Counted from the stretch's first letter, positions 20,091 to 30,522 are shown. The stretch: DNA of 40,000 nt from Kluyvera intermedia (GCF_034424175.1 NZ_CP139986.1:1788799-1828798); one strand, 5' to 3'. Notes: generated from the letters alone by a model not told the origin. Translations and numbers: made by a program.

Positions 20091-20996
20091 ATGATGAATA
20101 GAAAAAAAATTGTAGTTGTAAGTGGAGCATCTGGCTTTATCGGTAAGCATATGCTCGAAGCTTTGCAGTTGTCAGGTATATTTGTTATCGCAATCACTCG
20201 CAATGTTTTGAGAAATGATGATTCAAACTTATCCGATGTCAAATGGTGTGATTGGGAAAAAGTTGAGTCACTATTAGCCGAATATCTAATTGATTCAACG
20301 TTTATTGCTGTTATACATTTAGCAACAGAATATGGAAGAAATTTATCATCATTAGTAGAGGTGGAGGACAGTAATGTTGTAAAGCCTCTTAAGTTACTTG
20401 ATTTGGCTGTTAAGTATAAAGCCAATGCATTCATAAATACGGATAGTTTTTTCTCTAAAAAAGAATTTTCGTATCGATATATGCAACCATATATAATAAC
20501 CAAAAAACACTTTGCTGCAATAGGGCAGTATTATAGCGAGCTTCATGATATTTCATTTGTAAATATGCGCTTAGAGCATGTTTATGGCCCCGGAGATGGT
20601 GAAGGGAAATTTATTCCGTACATATTATCACAATTAATTGATGGCCAATTAGATATAAAATGTACCTCTGGTATGCAAGTCCGAGATTTTGTTTATGTCG
20701 ATGATGTTGTCGCTGCATATTTAACTGTTTTAGAAAAAATAAATGATATTCCTTCATATGTTGAATATCAGGTAGGTACAGGCTATGGTGTTAGTCTTCA
20801 AGATTTTCTTATTCATTTGCAGCATTTAGTACCCGGTTCACGAGGAACATTTGATTTTGGTGCTTTGCCACAACGAGAAAATGAGATAATGTATTCTACT
20901 GCTAATAATAATGATTTAGTTAAGTTAGGTTGGAAGCCAAAATTCGATTTTAAACTCGGCATACGAAAGTTGCTAGAAAATACACAACTTAAGTGA
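20091..20996 (+). CDS. abe: CDP-3,6-dideoxyhexose synthase (4-keto reductase), most like CDP-abequose synthase
   Basis: 301 aa from ATG 20091 (GGTGA 5 nt upstream). The ORF-track start at 20079 is TTG. Extended SDR with VSGASGFIGKH and YIITK. Sits immediately after ddhC, where Salmonella/Yersinia carry abe or prt. Motifs HLATEYG, NMRLEHVYGPGDGE.KFIPYI and EYQVGTG resemble my memory of S. enterica RfbJ. Abequose versus paratose specificity cannot be settled by eye. Confidence 0.75.
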   Translation: MMNRKKIVVVSGASGFIGKHMLEALQLSGIFVIAITRNVLRNDDSNLSDVKWCDWEKVESLLAEYLIDSTFIAVIHLATEYGRNLSSLVEVEDSNVVKPLKLLDLAVKYKANAFINTDSFFSKKEFSYRYMQPYIITKKHFAAIGQYYSELHDISFVNMRLEHVYGPGDGEGKFIPYILSQLIDGQLDIKCTSGMQVRDFVYVDDVVAAYLTVLEKINDIPSYVEYQVGTGYGVSLQDFLIHLQHLVPGSRGTFDFGALPQRENEIMYSTANNNDLVKLGWKPKFDFKLGIRKLLENTQLK

Positions 20997-21058
20997 TTGT
21001 TGAATGATTTTTAATTATTCGTCATTAGGCAAAGTGTGTGATGTAGATTAACGGAATA

Positions 21059-22351
21059 GTGAAATTTAAATTGTTAAAAATCCCAAATCACTTAATTATC
21101 GCTGGCTCATCATGGTTATCAAAAATAGTAATCGCCGGAGTCCAGGTTGCTAGCATTTCTTATCTTTTATCAATACTAGGTGAAGAAAAGTACGCAGCAT
21201 TTAGTCTATTAACAGGATTATTAGTATGGTGTAGCGCTGTTGATTTTGGTATAGGTACAGGACTTCAAAATTATATTTCTGAATGTAGAGCTAAAAATAT
21301 TAATTATAATGGTTTTATTAAAGCTGCTTTACAGTTAAGTTTTTTTGCAATTCTATTCTTTATATTGCTTTTTTATGCTTTCTCTGGGGTTATCTCTTCG
21401 CGTTATCTTTCCTCGTTTTATACCACCTTGCAAGGTGAGACTAGAGAGATCTTTTTTATTGCTTGTTTAGTTTTCAGTTCAATAGGTATCGGCACGATTG
21501 CGTATAAGATTCTTTTTGCAGAATTAGTTGGCTGGAAAGCTAATCTGTTGAACGCATTGTCATATGTGATTGGTATGTTTGGGCTTTTATATATTTTTTA
21601 TGAAAAAATAAATATCGATATTAAATATTCATTGGTTGTAATGTACCTTCCTGTTGGTTTGATTTCCATCTGTTATTTGCTTTATCGATACATTAAATTA
21701 ATAAATGTTAAAGCAAGCAAGTTTCACTATATGGTATTGCTGCGTAGATCGTCAGGTTTCTTCATTTTTACTTTATTATCAATATTAGTGCTCCAAATGG
21801 ATTATATTGTCATCTCTCAGAGGTTAACACCGACAGATATCGTACAGTATACTGTAACAATGAAGGTTTTTGGATTGGTATTTTTCATCTATACGGCAGT
21901 GTTACAAGCATTATGGCCAATATGTGCAGAGTTAAGAATTAAACACCAATGGCAAAAGCTTAATAAAATGATTGCTATAAACATAGCGACTGGTTCGTTG
22001 TTTGTTATAGGGTGCACGATATTTATTTACACTTTTAAAGTTATATTATTTTCAGTAATAGCTAAAGATGTGAATTATCAGATGTCTATGATGTCATTTA
22101 TACTAATTGCGATTTATTTTTGTTTGCGTGTATGGTGTGATACCTATGCAATGTTATTGCAAAGCATGAATTATTTGAAGGTGCTTTGGATATTAGTGCC
22201 ATTTCAGGCAATCGTCGGGGGGGCATCTCAATGGTATCTCTCACAAATGTTTGGCATTAATGGCGTGTTGCTTGGATTAATTATATCTTTTGCTGTCACT
22301 GTTTTCTGGGGACTTCCACTGGCTTATTTTATACAAGCAAAAAAAGGTTGA
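21059..22351 (+). CDS. wzx: O-antigen flippase (Wzx)
   Basis: GTG start, 430 aa, about 12 hydrophobic segments, very AT-rich. Positioned after abe as in Salmonella dideoxyhexose clusters. Confidence 0.85.
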   Translation: MKFKLLKIPNHLIIAGSSWLSKIVIAGVQVASISYLLSILGEEKYAAFSLLTGLLVWCSAVDFGIGTGLQNYISECRAKNINYNGFIKAALQLSFFAILFFILLFYAFSGVISSRYLSSFYTTLQGETREIFFIACLVFSSIGIGTIAYKILFAELVGWKANLLNALSYVIGMFGLLYIFYEKINIDIKYSLVVMYLPVGLISICYLLYRYIKLINVKASKFHYMVLLRRSSGFFIFTLLSILVLQMDYIVISQRLTPTDIVQYTVTMKVFGLVFFIYTAVLQALWPICAELRIKHQWQKLNKMIAINIATGSLFVIGCTIFIYTFKVILFSVIAKDVNYQMSMMSFILIAIYFCLRVWCDTYAMLLQSMNYLKVLWILVPFQAIVGGASQWYLSQMFGINGVLLGLIISFAVTVFWGLPLAYFIQAKKG

Positions 22352-22355
22352 TTGT

Positions 22356-23357
22356 ATGATGGTCTCATTTTGTATACCAACTTATAATAGAAAAGAATTT
22401 TTAGAAGAATTACTTAAAAGTATTAATAATCAAAAGAAACCAAATTTTGATATAGAGGTATGCATTTCGGATAATGCATCAACTGATGGTACTGAGAGCA
22501 TGATTGAAATTTGGAGAGAGGATTTCAATTTTCCTATCGTTTACCATCGCAATAGTGAAAATCTGGGGCCTGATACAAATTTTCTTGCATCTGTATCACT
22601 TGCTACGGGTGATTACTGTTGGATATTTGGTAGTGATGATGTGCTTGCTGATGATGCATTAATTACATTAGAGTCTTATCTTCATTCTAATGCAGATATA
22701 TATCTGTGTGACAGAAGTGAAACTGGGTACGATTTGTCTGAGCTAAGAAATGCACATCGGCATTGGCTCAGTGCTTATGATGAATTATATATATTAGATA
22801 GTGATAAAGATAGAACTAATTATTTCAAAAGATGTTTATCCATCGGCGGTGTATTTAGCTATTTAAGTTCTTTAGTTGTTAAAAGGGCTAAATGGTTTGC
22901 AGTCGATTTTGATCAATCATTTATTGGGTCATCATACCCACATGTTTTTATCATGATGAATATTTTTAATAATCAAAGTTGTCGTTTACATTATTTAGCT
23001 AAGCCGCTAGTTGTTTGCCGTGGAGACAATGACAGTTTTGAAAATAAAGGTAAGGCAAATAGAGTAATAATTGATTTTTCTGGATATTTCAAATTGTCGG
23101 ATACATTATATCCTAACAATCAAATGTTACAGATGGAATTCGAAAAGATATTATTACGTGAAAGACCCTGGTTATATACATCCTTAGCTATCTCATGCTA
23201 TGGAGACCGAGAAGAAAAGGAAGTGATTTCTTCTTTTTATAAAAGGCTTGGTCATAGTGAATATTTGACCTTTTTTGTATTTAAATTCTGCTTTTTTAGC
23301 CGTGTCTTGAAAAATAATAGAATGTTAAAAACAATCCTTAAAAAATTCCTCTCATAA
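22356..23357 (+). CDS. GT2-family glycosyltransferase (candidate dideoxyhexosyl transferase, WbaV-like by position and length)
   Basis: ATG 22356 lies 8 nt after AAAAAGG and 5 nt after the wzx stop. 333 aa. Motifs CIPTYNRKEFLEELLKSINNQ, ISDNASTDGT and GSDD indicate GT-A/GT2. The ORF-track start at 22290 overlaps wzx. Confidence 0.8.
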   Translation: MMVSFCIPTYNRKEFLEELLKSINNQKKPNFDIEVCISDNASTDGTESMIEIWREDFNFPIVYHRNSENLGPDTNFLASVSLATGDYCWIFGSDDVLADDALITLESYLHSNADIYLCDRSETGYDLSELRNAHRHWLSAYDELYILDSDKDRTNYFKRCLSIGGVFSYLSSLVVKRAKWFAVDFDQSFIGSSYPHVFIMMNIFNNQSCRLHYLAKPLVVCRGDNDSFENKGKANRVIIDFSGYFKLSDTLYPNNQMLQMEFEKILLRERPWLYTSLAISCYGDREEKEVISSFYKRLGHSEYLTFFVFKFCFFSRVLKNNRMLKTILKKFLS

Positions 23358-23379
23358 TTATTTAAAACGAGATGTTTTT

Positions 23380-24564
23380 ATGGTGTTACTAGTTTGGTTT
23401 CTTGCTATAGGGTTATACTTAATTTGTGGTGTTCTCTACCTACAATTCCCACAGCTGTCTCCATTAGGAGCTCTTGGATATTCTGATACGGTTAGTGATG
23501 TTATCTACGTTGCAATTATAGGAATAGTTGGTGTTTTCTTTGGTTATTCTTCATTTTCCAAAATCAAGATTTTTGGAATCAAAGATTTTAATAATCCTGT
23601 ATTCATAAATCTTTGCTCTTTATGCTTTATGGTTTCAGCTCTATTGGTGTTCCTTCTGGGGGTTACAGCTTATGGTGGATATATTGCATTTTTGAATACA
23701 CCATATTCGCCAATCTATCAGGGAAGTGCAGATAATGAAACCAGAGATGTTCTTATTTCTTCCTCTGGATTGCTATCAATTTTTGCACTGCTGACAAGTG
23801 TCCAGGCTAAAGACATAAAAAACACAAAAGGGAATAAGTTAATTATAACCTTAGCAATGTTTATTCTCTTTTCAATATTTATTCAAGGGAGAAGGGAGAA
23901 TTTAATATTATTGATATTATGTTTTATATCATTTTATTTATTTAACTATAAAATTAGTTTTAAAAGAATTTTAAAGATCATATCTATTTGTGCAGGAATG
24001 CTTTTTATTGCAGGTTTAGGTTTGTATTTACGTGAGAGTACTTCTACATCAGGTGGTAGTGTTCTCACTGCAATTCCTTTTGCTGTTATGTATGAGACAC
24101 ATTTTTCTTTGGCAACATTAGCAAATGAAGTAAGAACTCATCTGCATGATAACGTTCCTTTTGGTGGTATATTGGAACTGTTCTCGCCTGTGTTATTTAT
24201 TATCCCAGCATTCTTTTATGGTATTTTTGGTTTTAATAAACAATCTCTGTTTGAGAATAATGAAGTGCATCTTTATGATGATAAGGGTGGGCAGTTTATT
24301 TTCACTGAAGCATTCCATTCTCTAGGTTATGTAGGTGTTTTTCTACATGGTTTTATTCTCGGCTGTATGTTAATAATCTTTTATCGCGCGGCAAAACGTA
24401 GTGGACTAATAATATATCAATTCCCAATTGTTTCATTAATATTCGTTGCAATGAGAAAAGATATGACTTATGGTGTAAAATATATATCTTTATTATTTAT
24501 TTTTATGATGCTTTTCTATTTTATCTATAAGCTTCTTCCACTTAAAAAAAATGGTCAATATTGA
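23380..24564 (+). CDS. wzy: O-antigen polymerase (Wzy) candidate
   Basis: 394 aa, about 10-11 hydrophobic segments with a larger loop late in the protein. Very AT-rich with no soluble-domain motifs. It is the only other multi-pass protein in the cluster besides Wzx. Confidence 0.7.
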   Translation: MVLLVWFLAIGLYLICGVLYLQFPQLSPLGALGYSDTVSDVIYVAIIGIVGVFFGYSSFSKIKIFGIKDFNNPVFINLCSLCFMVSALLVFLLGVTAYGGYIAFLNTPYSPIYQGSADNETRDVLISSSGLLSIFALLTSVQAKDIKNTKGNKLIITLAMFILFSIFIQGRRENLILLILCFISFYLFNYKISFKRILKIISICAGMLFIAGLGLYLRESTSTSGGSVLTAIPFAVMYETHFSLATLANEVRTHLHDNVPFGGILELFSPVLFIIPAFFYGIFGFNKQSLFENNEVHLYDDKGGQFIFTEAFHSLGYVGVFLHGFILGCMLIIFYRAAKRSGLIIYQFPIVSLIFVAMRKDMTYGVKYISLLFIFMMLFYFIYKLLPLKKNGQY

Positions 24565-24565
24565 G

Positions 24566-25636
24566 ATGCATACAGTACTTTTTGTCAGCGCTTTCCATCC
24601 CGGGGCTAAAGGTGCAATTGGGGCCGGTGAAGCTATTTGCGGTGATAATCTTAAGGTATTTTTATCACGAGGTTATGCCGTTGATGTGATAGTATTAAGT
24701 CCCCCTGGTCAACGCAAAAATGAAGAGCTTGTAGATCGGTGTACGAGTTATGCCGAAAAACATACGTCGAAAGGCAAAACGCTTTCAGGGTTACTATTTA
24801 ATTTTTTAAAGGGAAGTTTTCTGGCGCCATGGTTTTATACCAGAGTAACACCTTCATTTATTCATGAGATTCAGCATAAAATAAATAGCAATAGCTATGA
24901 TACCGTATGGCTTGATTTTCCCTCTGTTCTCGGTGTCGCAGAGCATATTCAGCATAAGAATATTCAGTATTTTGCTCACGATATCGTTTCTCAGCGCATT
25001 AGTCGTACCAAAATAAACCGTTTATTCTTTCCCTTAGTTGAGTCAGTTGAAACCAGGTTGTTGATGAAACTCACTAATATAACGACAATGTCCTTGAAGG
25101 ATAAGGAGTTGATTGAACGGTTAGGATTTCGTGGGCCCGTAGTTGTTGCTGACCTGGGTGAGCAGAAAGTTGGTCAAGTTGATAATGCGGTTGAAATTTC
25201 ATCGCTTCTACCATCTTTTTCCGGGAAATCTAATCTTGTATTTTTTGGCAATATGAAACGCTCGGAAAATCACTGGTCAATAGTTTGGTTCATTATCTTT
25301 CACTTTATAAAACTTAAAAAACAAAGAAAGGGCCTCAATTTATGGGTACTAGGTCTGCAACCGCGGCGTTCGTTGAGATTGTTGCAGAATATAATCCCCG
25401 GGCTTCATGTTGTTGGTGCAGTTGATGATCCCGTTCCGGCATTTGTCCAGGCTGATTTAAATATCGCACCTCTTTTATATGGTGCTGGGGTAAAAATTAA
25501 AGTCCTACAGATACTTGATGCTGGTGCGAAGGTCGTTGCGACGGAGGTCGGTGCCGAGGGTATCCAACCACATAAAAATCTTTATGTGGTTGATAAATCG
25601 AATATTGGAAATAAAATATTAGAACTGTTGGATTAA
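24566..25636 (+). CDS. GT-B-like glycosyltransferase (candidate mannosyltransferase)
   Basis: 356 aa from ATG 24566, which is 2 nt after the wzy stop; ATG 24551 is an alternative. C-terminal ...LNIAPLLYGAGVKIKVLQILDAGAKVVATEVGAEGI... resembles the GT4 nucleotide-sugar binding region. Acceptor and anomeric specificity unknown. Confidence 0.7.
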   Translation: MHTVLFVSAFHPGAKGAIGAGEAICGDNLKVFLSRGYAVDVIVLSPPGQRKNEELVDRCTSYAEKHTSKGKTLSGLLFNFLKGSFLAPWFYTRVTPSFIHEIQHKINSNSYDTVWLDFPSVLGVAEHIQHKNIQYFAHDIVSQRISRTKINRLFFPLVESVETRLLMKLTNITTMSLKDKELIERLGFRGPVVVADLGEQKVGQVDNAVEISSLLPSFSGKSNLVFFGNMKRSENHWSIVWFIIFHFIKLKKQRKGLNLWVLGLQPRRSLRLLQNIIPGLHVVGAVDDPVPAFVQADLNIAPLLYGAGVKIKVLQILDAGAKVVATEVGAEGIQPHKNLYVVDKSNIGNKILELLD

Positions 25637-25639
25637 AAA

Positions 25640-26584
25640 ATGTTTTCATTTACTCTAATTGTGCCAACCTTTAATGCTGGTGATAGGTGGGAAGAGTGGT
25701 TCCTGGCTTTGCAAAAACAAACCATTCAACCGTCTGAATTAATTATAATCGATTCGTCGTCCACGGATAATACGCGAGAAATCGCCAGCAAATTTGATTG
25801 CAAAATAGTAATAATCCCATCGAGTGAGTTTAATCACGGAGGCTCAAGGAACAGAGCGTTGTCTTATGCAAGTGAAAGCGAGCTAGTTATTTATCTGACA
25901 CAAGATGCAATTTTTGATAATGAAGATGCACTGGCTAAGATGACCGATGTATTTAAGGATTCGAGTGTTTCGGCCGCTTGTGGGAGGCAGATGCCTCATC
26001 ATGATGCAAATCCTCTAGCTGTTCATGCTCGAAATTTCAATTACAGTTCGACCTCACAGATTAAGAGTAAATCTGATATACAAACCTTCGGCATCAAAAC
26101 GGTATTTATGTCGAATTCTTTTGCTGCTTATCGTCGCTCCATTTTTGAAAATTTAGGCGGGTTTCCTGAGCATAACATCCTCGCGGAAGATATGTTCATG
26201 GCAGCGAAAATGATACAGGCTGGCTACAAGGTTGCTTATTGTGCTGAGGCCTCAGTAAGACATTCCCATAACTATACCCCGCTTGAAGAATTTCAGCGGT
26301 ATTTTGATACCGGTGTATTTCACGCCTGTAATCCTTGGATCCAACGTGATTTTGGTGGTGCCAGCGGCGAAGGGGCTCGTTTTGTTAAGTCAGAAATACG
26401 CTTCCTCCTCAAAAGAGCACCGCTTTGGATCCCAAGAGCATTGCTAACCACATTCGCAAAGCTTCTTGGCTATAAACTCGGAAAGCGCTGGCAATCTCTT
26501 CCATTGCCTCTTTGCCGCTCTTTAAGTATGTATAAGAGTTACTGGAATAATATTCAGAGCTCTAAATCGAAAGAGATAAGATAA
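25640..26584 (+). CDS. GT2-family rhamnosyltransferase-like protein (WbaN/RfbN-like by length and position)
   Basis: 314 aa, FTLIVPTFNAGDRWEEW...IIIDSSSTDNT...YLTQDAIF. Lies immediately upstream of manC, as does wbaN (314 aa) in Salmonella clusters. Confidence 0.75.
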   Translation: MFSFTLIVPTFNAGDRWEEWFLALQKQTIQPSELIIIDSSSTDNTREIASKFDCKIVIIPSSEFNHGGSRNRALSYASESELVIYLTQDAIFDNEDALAKMTDVFKDSSVSAACGRQMPHHDANPLAVHARNFNYSSTSQIKSKSDIQTFGIKTVFMSNSFAAYRRSIFENLGGFPEHNILAEDMFMAAKMIQAGYKVAYCAEASVRHSHNYTPLEEFQRYFDTGVFHACNPWIQRDFGGASGEGARFVKSEIRFLLKRAPLWIPRALLTTFAKLLGYKLGKRWQSLPLPLCRSLSMYKSYWNNIQSSKSKEIR

Positions 26585-28027
26585 ATGTCTGTTCTTCCAG
26601 TAATTATGGCCGGCGGTTCAGGTAGTCGCCTGTGGCCACTTTCTCGTGAGTGTCACCCTAAACAGTTTCTTAGCGTTGAAGGTAAGTTCTCAATGCTACA
26701 GAATACAATAGCTCGGGTAGCACCATTGTCAGCGGGAGACCCAGTTGTCATCTGTAATGATAAGCATCGTTTCCTGGTTGCTGAACAACTCCGTGCTATC
26801 GATAAACTCGCTAATAATATCATTCTTGAACCTGTGGGCCGAAATACTGCGCCTGCGATCGCACTTGCTGCTTTTAGTGTTCTTCAAACGGCAGAAGGGG
26901 ATGATCCTCTCTTACTGATTCTTGCTGCAGACCATGTCATTCGCGATGAAGTGGCCTTTATTCAAGCCATCACCTACGCAGAGCCCTTGGCTGAACAGGG
27001 TAAACTTGTGACCTTTGGTATTGTTCCCACGGAAGCCGAAACGGGTTATGGATACATCCGTAGAGGCGATGAAATTGGTGAGCAAGCGTATACTGTAGCC
27101 GAGTTCGTCGAGAAACCTGATTTCGATACGGCCTGTCAGTATTTTGAATCGGGAAAATATTACTGGAACAGCGGAATGTTTTTATTCCGTGCCAGCAGTT
27201 TTCTGAATGAACTTAAACAGTTATCACCTGAAATATATTACGCATGTGAAAAAGCAGTTGGGAATATTAATCCCGATCTTGATTTTATCCGAATTGATAA
27301 AGAGGCATTTAACACATGCCCGACTGATTCAATAGATTATGCAGTTATGGAACATACGCAGCATGCGGTTGTTGTCCCGATGAGTGCTGGCTGGTCTGAT
27401 GTGGGTTCCTGGTCTTCATTATGGGATATTTCTACTAAAGATCCGCAGAGAAACGTTTTACACGGCGACGTGTTTGCGCATGATAGTCAAGATAATTACA
27501 TCTATTCGGAAAATGCCTTTGTGAGCACAGTAGGGATCAATAATCTCGTTATTGTTCAGACACCAGATGCCGTATTAGTTGCAAATAAAGATTCTGTTCA
27601 AGATGTAAAAAAAATCGTAGAACATTTAAAGCAAAACAACAGAGCCGAGTGTCAACAGCATCTGGAAGTTTTCCGTCCATGGGGTAAATACAACGTCATC
27701 GATAGTGGGGAAAATTACCTGGTTAAACGGATCACCGTTAAACCAGGTGAGAAATTTGTTGCGCAGATGCACCATCATCGTGCCGAACATTGGATTGTGG
27801 TCTCTGGTATGGCTCGGGTTACCAAAGGAGAACAGACTTTTATTGTTAAGGAAAATGAGTCTACGTTTATTCCACTTGAAACTATCCATGCGTTAGAAAA
27901 TCCAGGGATCCGTGCATTAGAATTAATCGAAATCCAGTCGGGTTCTTACCTTGGAGAGGATGACATTATTCGTCTGGAGCAGCGTTCAGGATTTTTGGAG
28001 GATGGGTTTGATGAGTCCAGTAAGTAA
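26585..28027 (+). CDS. manC: Mannose-1-phosphate guanylyltransferase, O-antigen copy
   Basis: 480 aa with [16 protein letters not shown] and [13 protein letters not shown]. Roughly 60% identical by eye to the cps copy at 1109-2545. Confidence 0.95.
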   Translation: MSVLPVIMAGGSGSRLWPLSRECHPKQFLSVEGKFSMLQNTIARVAPLSAGDPVVICNDKHRFLVAEQLRAIDKLANNIILEPVGRNTAPAIALAAFSVLQTAEGDDPLLLILAADHVIRDEVAFIQAITYAEPLAEQGKLVTFGIVPTEAETGYGYIRRGDEIGEQAYTVAEFVEKPDFDTACQYFESGKYYWNSGMFLFRASSFLNELKQLSPEIYYACEKAVGNINPDLDFIRIDKEAFNTCPTDSIDYAVMEHTQHAVVVPMSAGWSDVGSWSSLWDISTKDPQRNVLHGDVFAHDSQDNYIYSENAFVSTVGINNLVIVQTPDAVLVANKDSVQDVKKIVEHLKQNNRAECQQHLEVFRPWGKYNVIDSGENYLVKRITVKPGEKFVAQMHHHRAEHWIVVSGMARVTKGEQTFIVKENESTFIPLETIHALENPGIRALELIEIQSGSYLGEDDIIRLEQRSGFLEDGFDESSK

Positions 28028-29438
28028 CAGCCACGATGTGATTAGCACATCGGGTATCGCTTTTGGCACCAGTGGTGCTCGCGGTCTCGTGACCGATTTT
28101 ACGCCTGCCGTGTGCGCTGCTTTTACCGTTTCGTTTGTGGCTGTTATGCAGCAACAATTTTCATTCGAGGCGATAGCGCTGGCAATTGATAATCGTCCGA
28201 GTAGCTATGCGATGGCACAAGCTTGTGCTGCAGCGCTGAATGATAAAGGTATCAACACGGTTTTCTATGGTGTTATACCAACGCCTGCTTTAGCACTACA
28301 GTCTATGGCTGACAACATTCCGGCGATCATGGTGACCGGTAGCCACATACCTTTCGATCGCAATGGGCTAAAGTTCTATCGTCCTGATGGTGAAATTACC
28401 AAAGATGATGAAATGGCAATTCAGAATGTTGAAGCATCCTGTGACCAGCTTATCGTTAAAGAGCTGACAATCTCAACGGTTGCTGCTGAAAACTACATTT
28501 CACGTTATCTTTCATTATTCCCTGCGCCTTTTTTGAAAAATAAGCGCATTGGTATTTATGAGCACTCCAGCGCGGGACGCGATCTCTATAAGCCCTTATT
28601 CAATGCATTAGGGGCGGAAGTAGTAAGCCTGGACCGAAGCGACAGTTTTGTCCCTATAGATACCGAAGCGGTAAGTGAAGAGGACAGAGAAAAAGCGCGT
28701 AATTGGGCAAAACATTTCAAACTTGATGCCATCTTTTCTACCGACGGCGATGGTGACCGGCCATTAATTTCTGATGAGAAAGGACAGTGGTTGAGAGGGG
28801 ATATTCTTGGGTTGTTGTGTTCGCAGGCCCTGTTCGCAGATGCTGTTGCTATTCCGGTAAGCTGTAACAGTATTATTTCTTCTGGTTGTTTCTTTAAGCA
28901 TGTGGAGCTAACGAAAATCGGCTCCCCCTATGTTATCGCAGCTTTTTCTGAGTTGGCACAGTGTTATGACCGCATCGTTGGGTTCGAAGCCAATGGCGGT
29001 TTTTTATTAGGAAGTGATGTCACCATTAATGATCGTACTTTGTGTGCATTACCGACCCGCGATGCCGTATTACCTGCGATTATGCTCCTTTACAGCAGCC
29101 GTGAGAAAAATATTAGTAGTCTTGTTACGACATTGCCTCATCGTTATACCCATTCTGACCGATTACAGAATATCAGTCTTGAGAAAAGCCGCAGCTTGGT
29201 TGAGATGGGAACGGTCAATCAGCAGTTGTTGTTGAGTCGTATCGGTTTGGGAGAAGAAGTTGCGCACTCAATGGATACGACGGATGGGATAAGAATAACC
29301 CTTGGTAGCGGAAGTATTGTACATTTGCGTCCTTCAGGGAATGCGCCTGAATTGCGTTGTTATGCCGAGGCCAATTCACTAGAATTGGCGCAGGATATTG
29401 TGGATACAGTACTCACAAATGTCAGTAGTTTAAATTAA
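28011..29438 (+). CDS. manB: Phosphomannomutase, O-antigen copy (RfbK type)
   Basis: ATG 28011 lies 8 nt after GGAGGA, giving 475 aa; it overlaps the manC 3' end by 17 nt. Phosphoserine loop [13 protein letters not shown] and metal site DGDGDRP are present. Clearly a different subfamily from CpsG at 2697-4067. Confidence 0.9.
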   Translation: MSPVSNSHDVISTSGIAFGTSGARGLVTDFTPAVCAAFTVSFVAVMQQQFSFEAIALAIDNRPSSYAMAQACAAALNDKGINTVFYGVIPTPALALQSMADNIPAIMVTGSHIPFDRNGLKFYRPDGEITKDDEMAIQNVEASCDQLIVKELTISTVAAENYISRYLSLFPAPFLKNKRIGIYEHSSAGRDLYKPLFNALGAEVVSLDRSDSFVPIDTEAVSEEDREKARNWAKHFKLDAIFSTDGDGDRPLISDEKGQWLRGDILGLLCSQALFADAVAIPVSCNSIISSGCFFKHVELTKIGSPYVIAAFSELAQCYDRIVGFEANGGFLLGSDVTINDRTLCALPTRDAVLPAIMLLYSSREKNISSLVTTLPHRYTHSDRLQNISLEKSRSLVEMGTVNQQLLLSRIGLGEEVAHSMDTTDGIRITLGSGSIVHLRPSGNAPELRCYAEANSLELAQDIVDTVLTNVSSLN

Positions 29439-29482
29439 GCTTTTATCTGGTTGCTAATACCCATTCATAGGGTGAGGATTAA

Positions 29483-30003
29483 ATGGATAATATTGATAAT
29501 AAGTATAATCCACAGTTATGTAAGCTTTTATTAGCCATTTCTGACTTGGTTTTTTTTAATGTGGCGTTGTGGTTATCATTAGGATGTGTCTATCTGATTT
29601 TTGACGATGTCCAGCGTTTTGTCCCCCAGGAGCAGATGGATACCCGCGTGATTTCGCATTTTATATTATCGATAGTCTGTGTGGGGTGGTTCTGGGTTCG
29701 CTTGCGACATTATACCTACCGCAAACCATTCTGGTATGAACTGAAAGAAATCTTCCGTACTATCGCCATTTTCGCCGTGTTTGATTTAGCCTTAATTGCA
29801 TTTACGAAATGGCAGTTTTCGCGTTATGTTTGGGTTTTTTGCTGGGCTTTTGCATTAATCTTGGTGCCTCTTTTCAGAGCTCTGACCAAACGTTTCCTCA
29901 ACAAAATGGGCATCTGGAAGAAAAAAACGATTATCTTGGGATCTGGGCAAAATGCCCAAGGGGCTTACTCTGCCTTGCAGAGTGAAGAGATGATGGGATT
30001 TGA
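29483..30003 (+). pseudogene. wbaP: wbaP 5' fragment (codons 1-173 plus 2 nt), interrupted by IS1
   Basis: MDNIDNKYNPQLCKLLLAISDLVFFNVALW... with four TM segments matches the N-terminus of Salmonella WbaP as I remember it. The frame runs into IS1 and stops at 30025 after 7 IS-encoded residues (EVMTPTY). Confidence 0.93.
29996..30003. repeat. IS1 target-site duplication, left copy
   Basis: GGATTTGA is identical to 30772-30779 and directly abuts the IS1 terminus. Confidence 0.9.
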
Positions 30004-30018
30004 GGTAATGACTCCAAC

Positions 30019-30522
30019 TTATTGATAGTGTTTTATGTTCAGATAATGCCCGATGACTTTGTCATGCAGCTCCACCGATTTTGAGAACGACAGCGACTTC
30101 CGTCCCAGCCGTGCCAGGTGCTGCCTCAGATTCAGGTTATGCCGCTCAATTCGCTGCGTATATCGCTTGCTGATTACGTGCAGCTTTCCCTTCAGGCGGG
30201 ATTCATACAGCGGCCAGCCATCCGTCATCCATATCACCACGTCAAAGGGTGACAGCAGTCTCATAAGACGCCCCAGCGTCGCCATAGTGCGTTCACCGAA
30301 TACGTGCGCAACAACCGTCTTCCGGAGCCTGTCATACGCGTAAAACAGCCAGCGCTGGCGCGATTTAGCCCCGACGTATCCCCACTGTTCGTCCATTTCC
30401 GCGCAGACGATGACGTCACTGCCCGGCTGTATGCGCGAGGTTACCGACTGCGGCCTGAGTTTTTTAAATGGCGGAAAATCGTGTTGAGGCCAACGCCCAT
30501 AATGCGGGCGGTTGCCCGGCAT
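30019..30522 (-). CDS. insB: IS1 InsB (expressed as the InsAB' transposase by -1 frameshift)
   Basis: 167 aa, [16 protein letters not shown]...[15 protein letters not shown] few substitutions relative to the K-12 IS1 copy I remember, so probably a different IS1 isoform. Confidence 0.95.
   Translation of the reverse strand: MPGNRPHYGRWPQHDFPPFKKLRPQSVTSRIQPGSDVIVCAEMDEQWGYVGAKSRQRWLFYAYDRLRKTVVAHVFGERTMATLGRLMRLLSPFDVVIWMTDGWPLYESRLKGKLHVISKRYTQRIERHNLNLRQHLARLGRKSLSFSKSVELHDKVIGHYLNIKHYQ

Noticed and set aside
20060-20503. 147-aa minus-strand ORF opposite the abe-like gene
   Set aside because: It is antisense to a gene with a clear Rossmann/SDR signature, and stop-poor stretches opposite real genes arise by chance. 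No motifs.
1109-28027. The idea that the two manC copies form a direct-repeat substrate for deleting the intervening 25 kb
   Set aside because: The nucleotide similarity is patchy, with a longest identical run of about 17 nt found by eye. That is well below what efficient RecA-mediated recombination needs.
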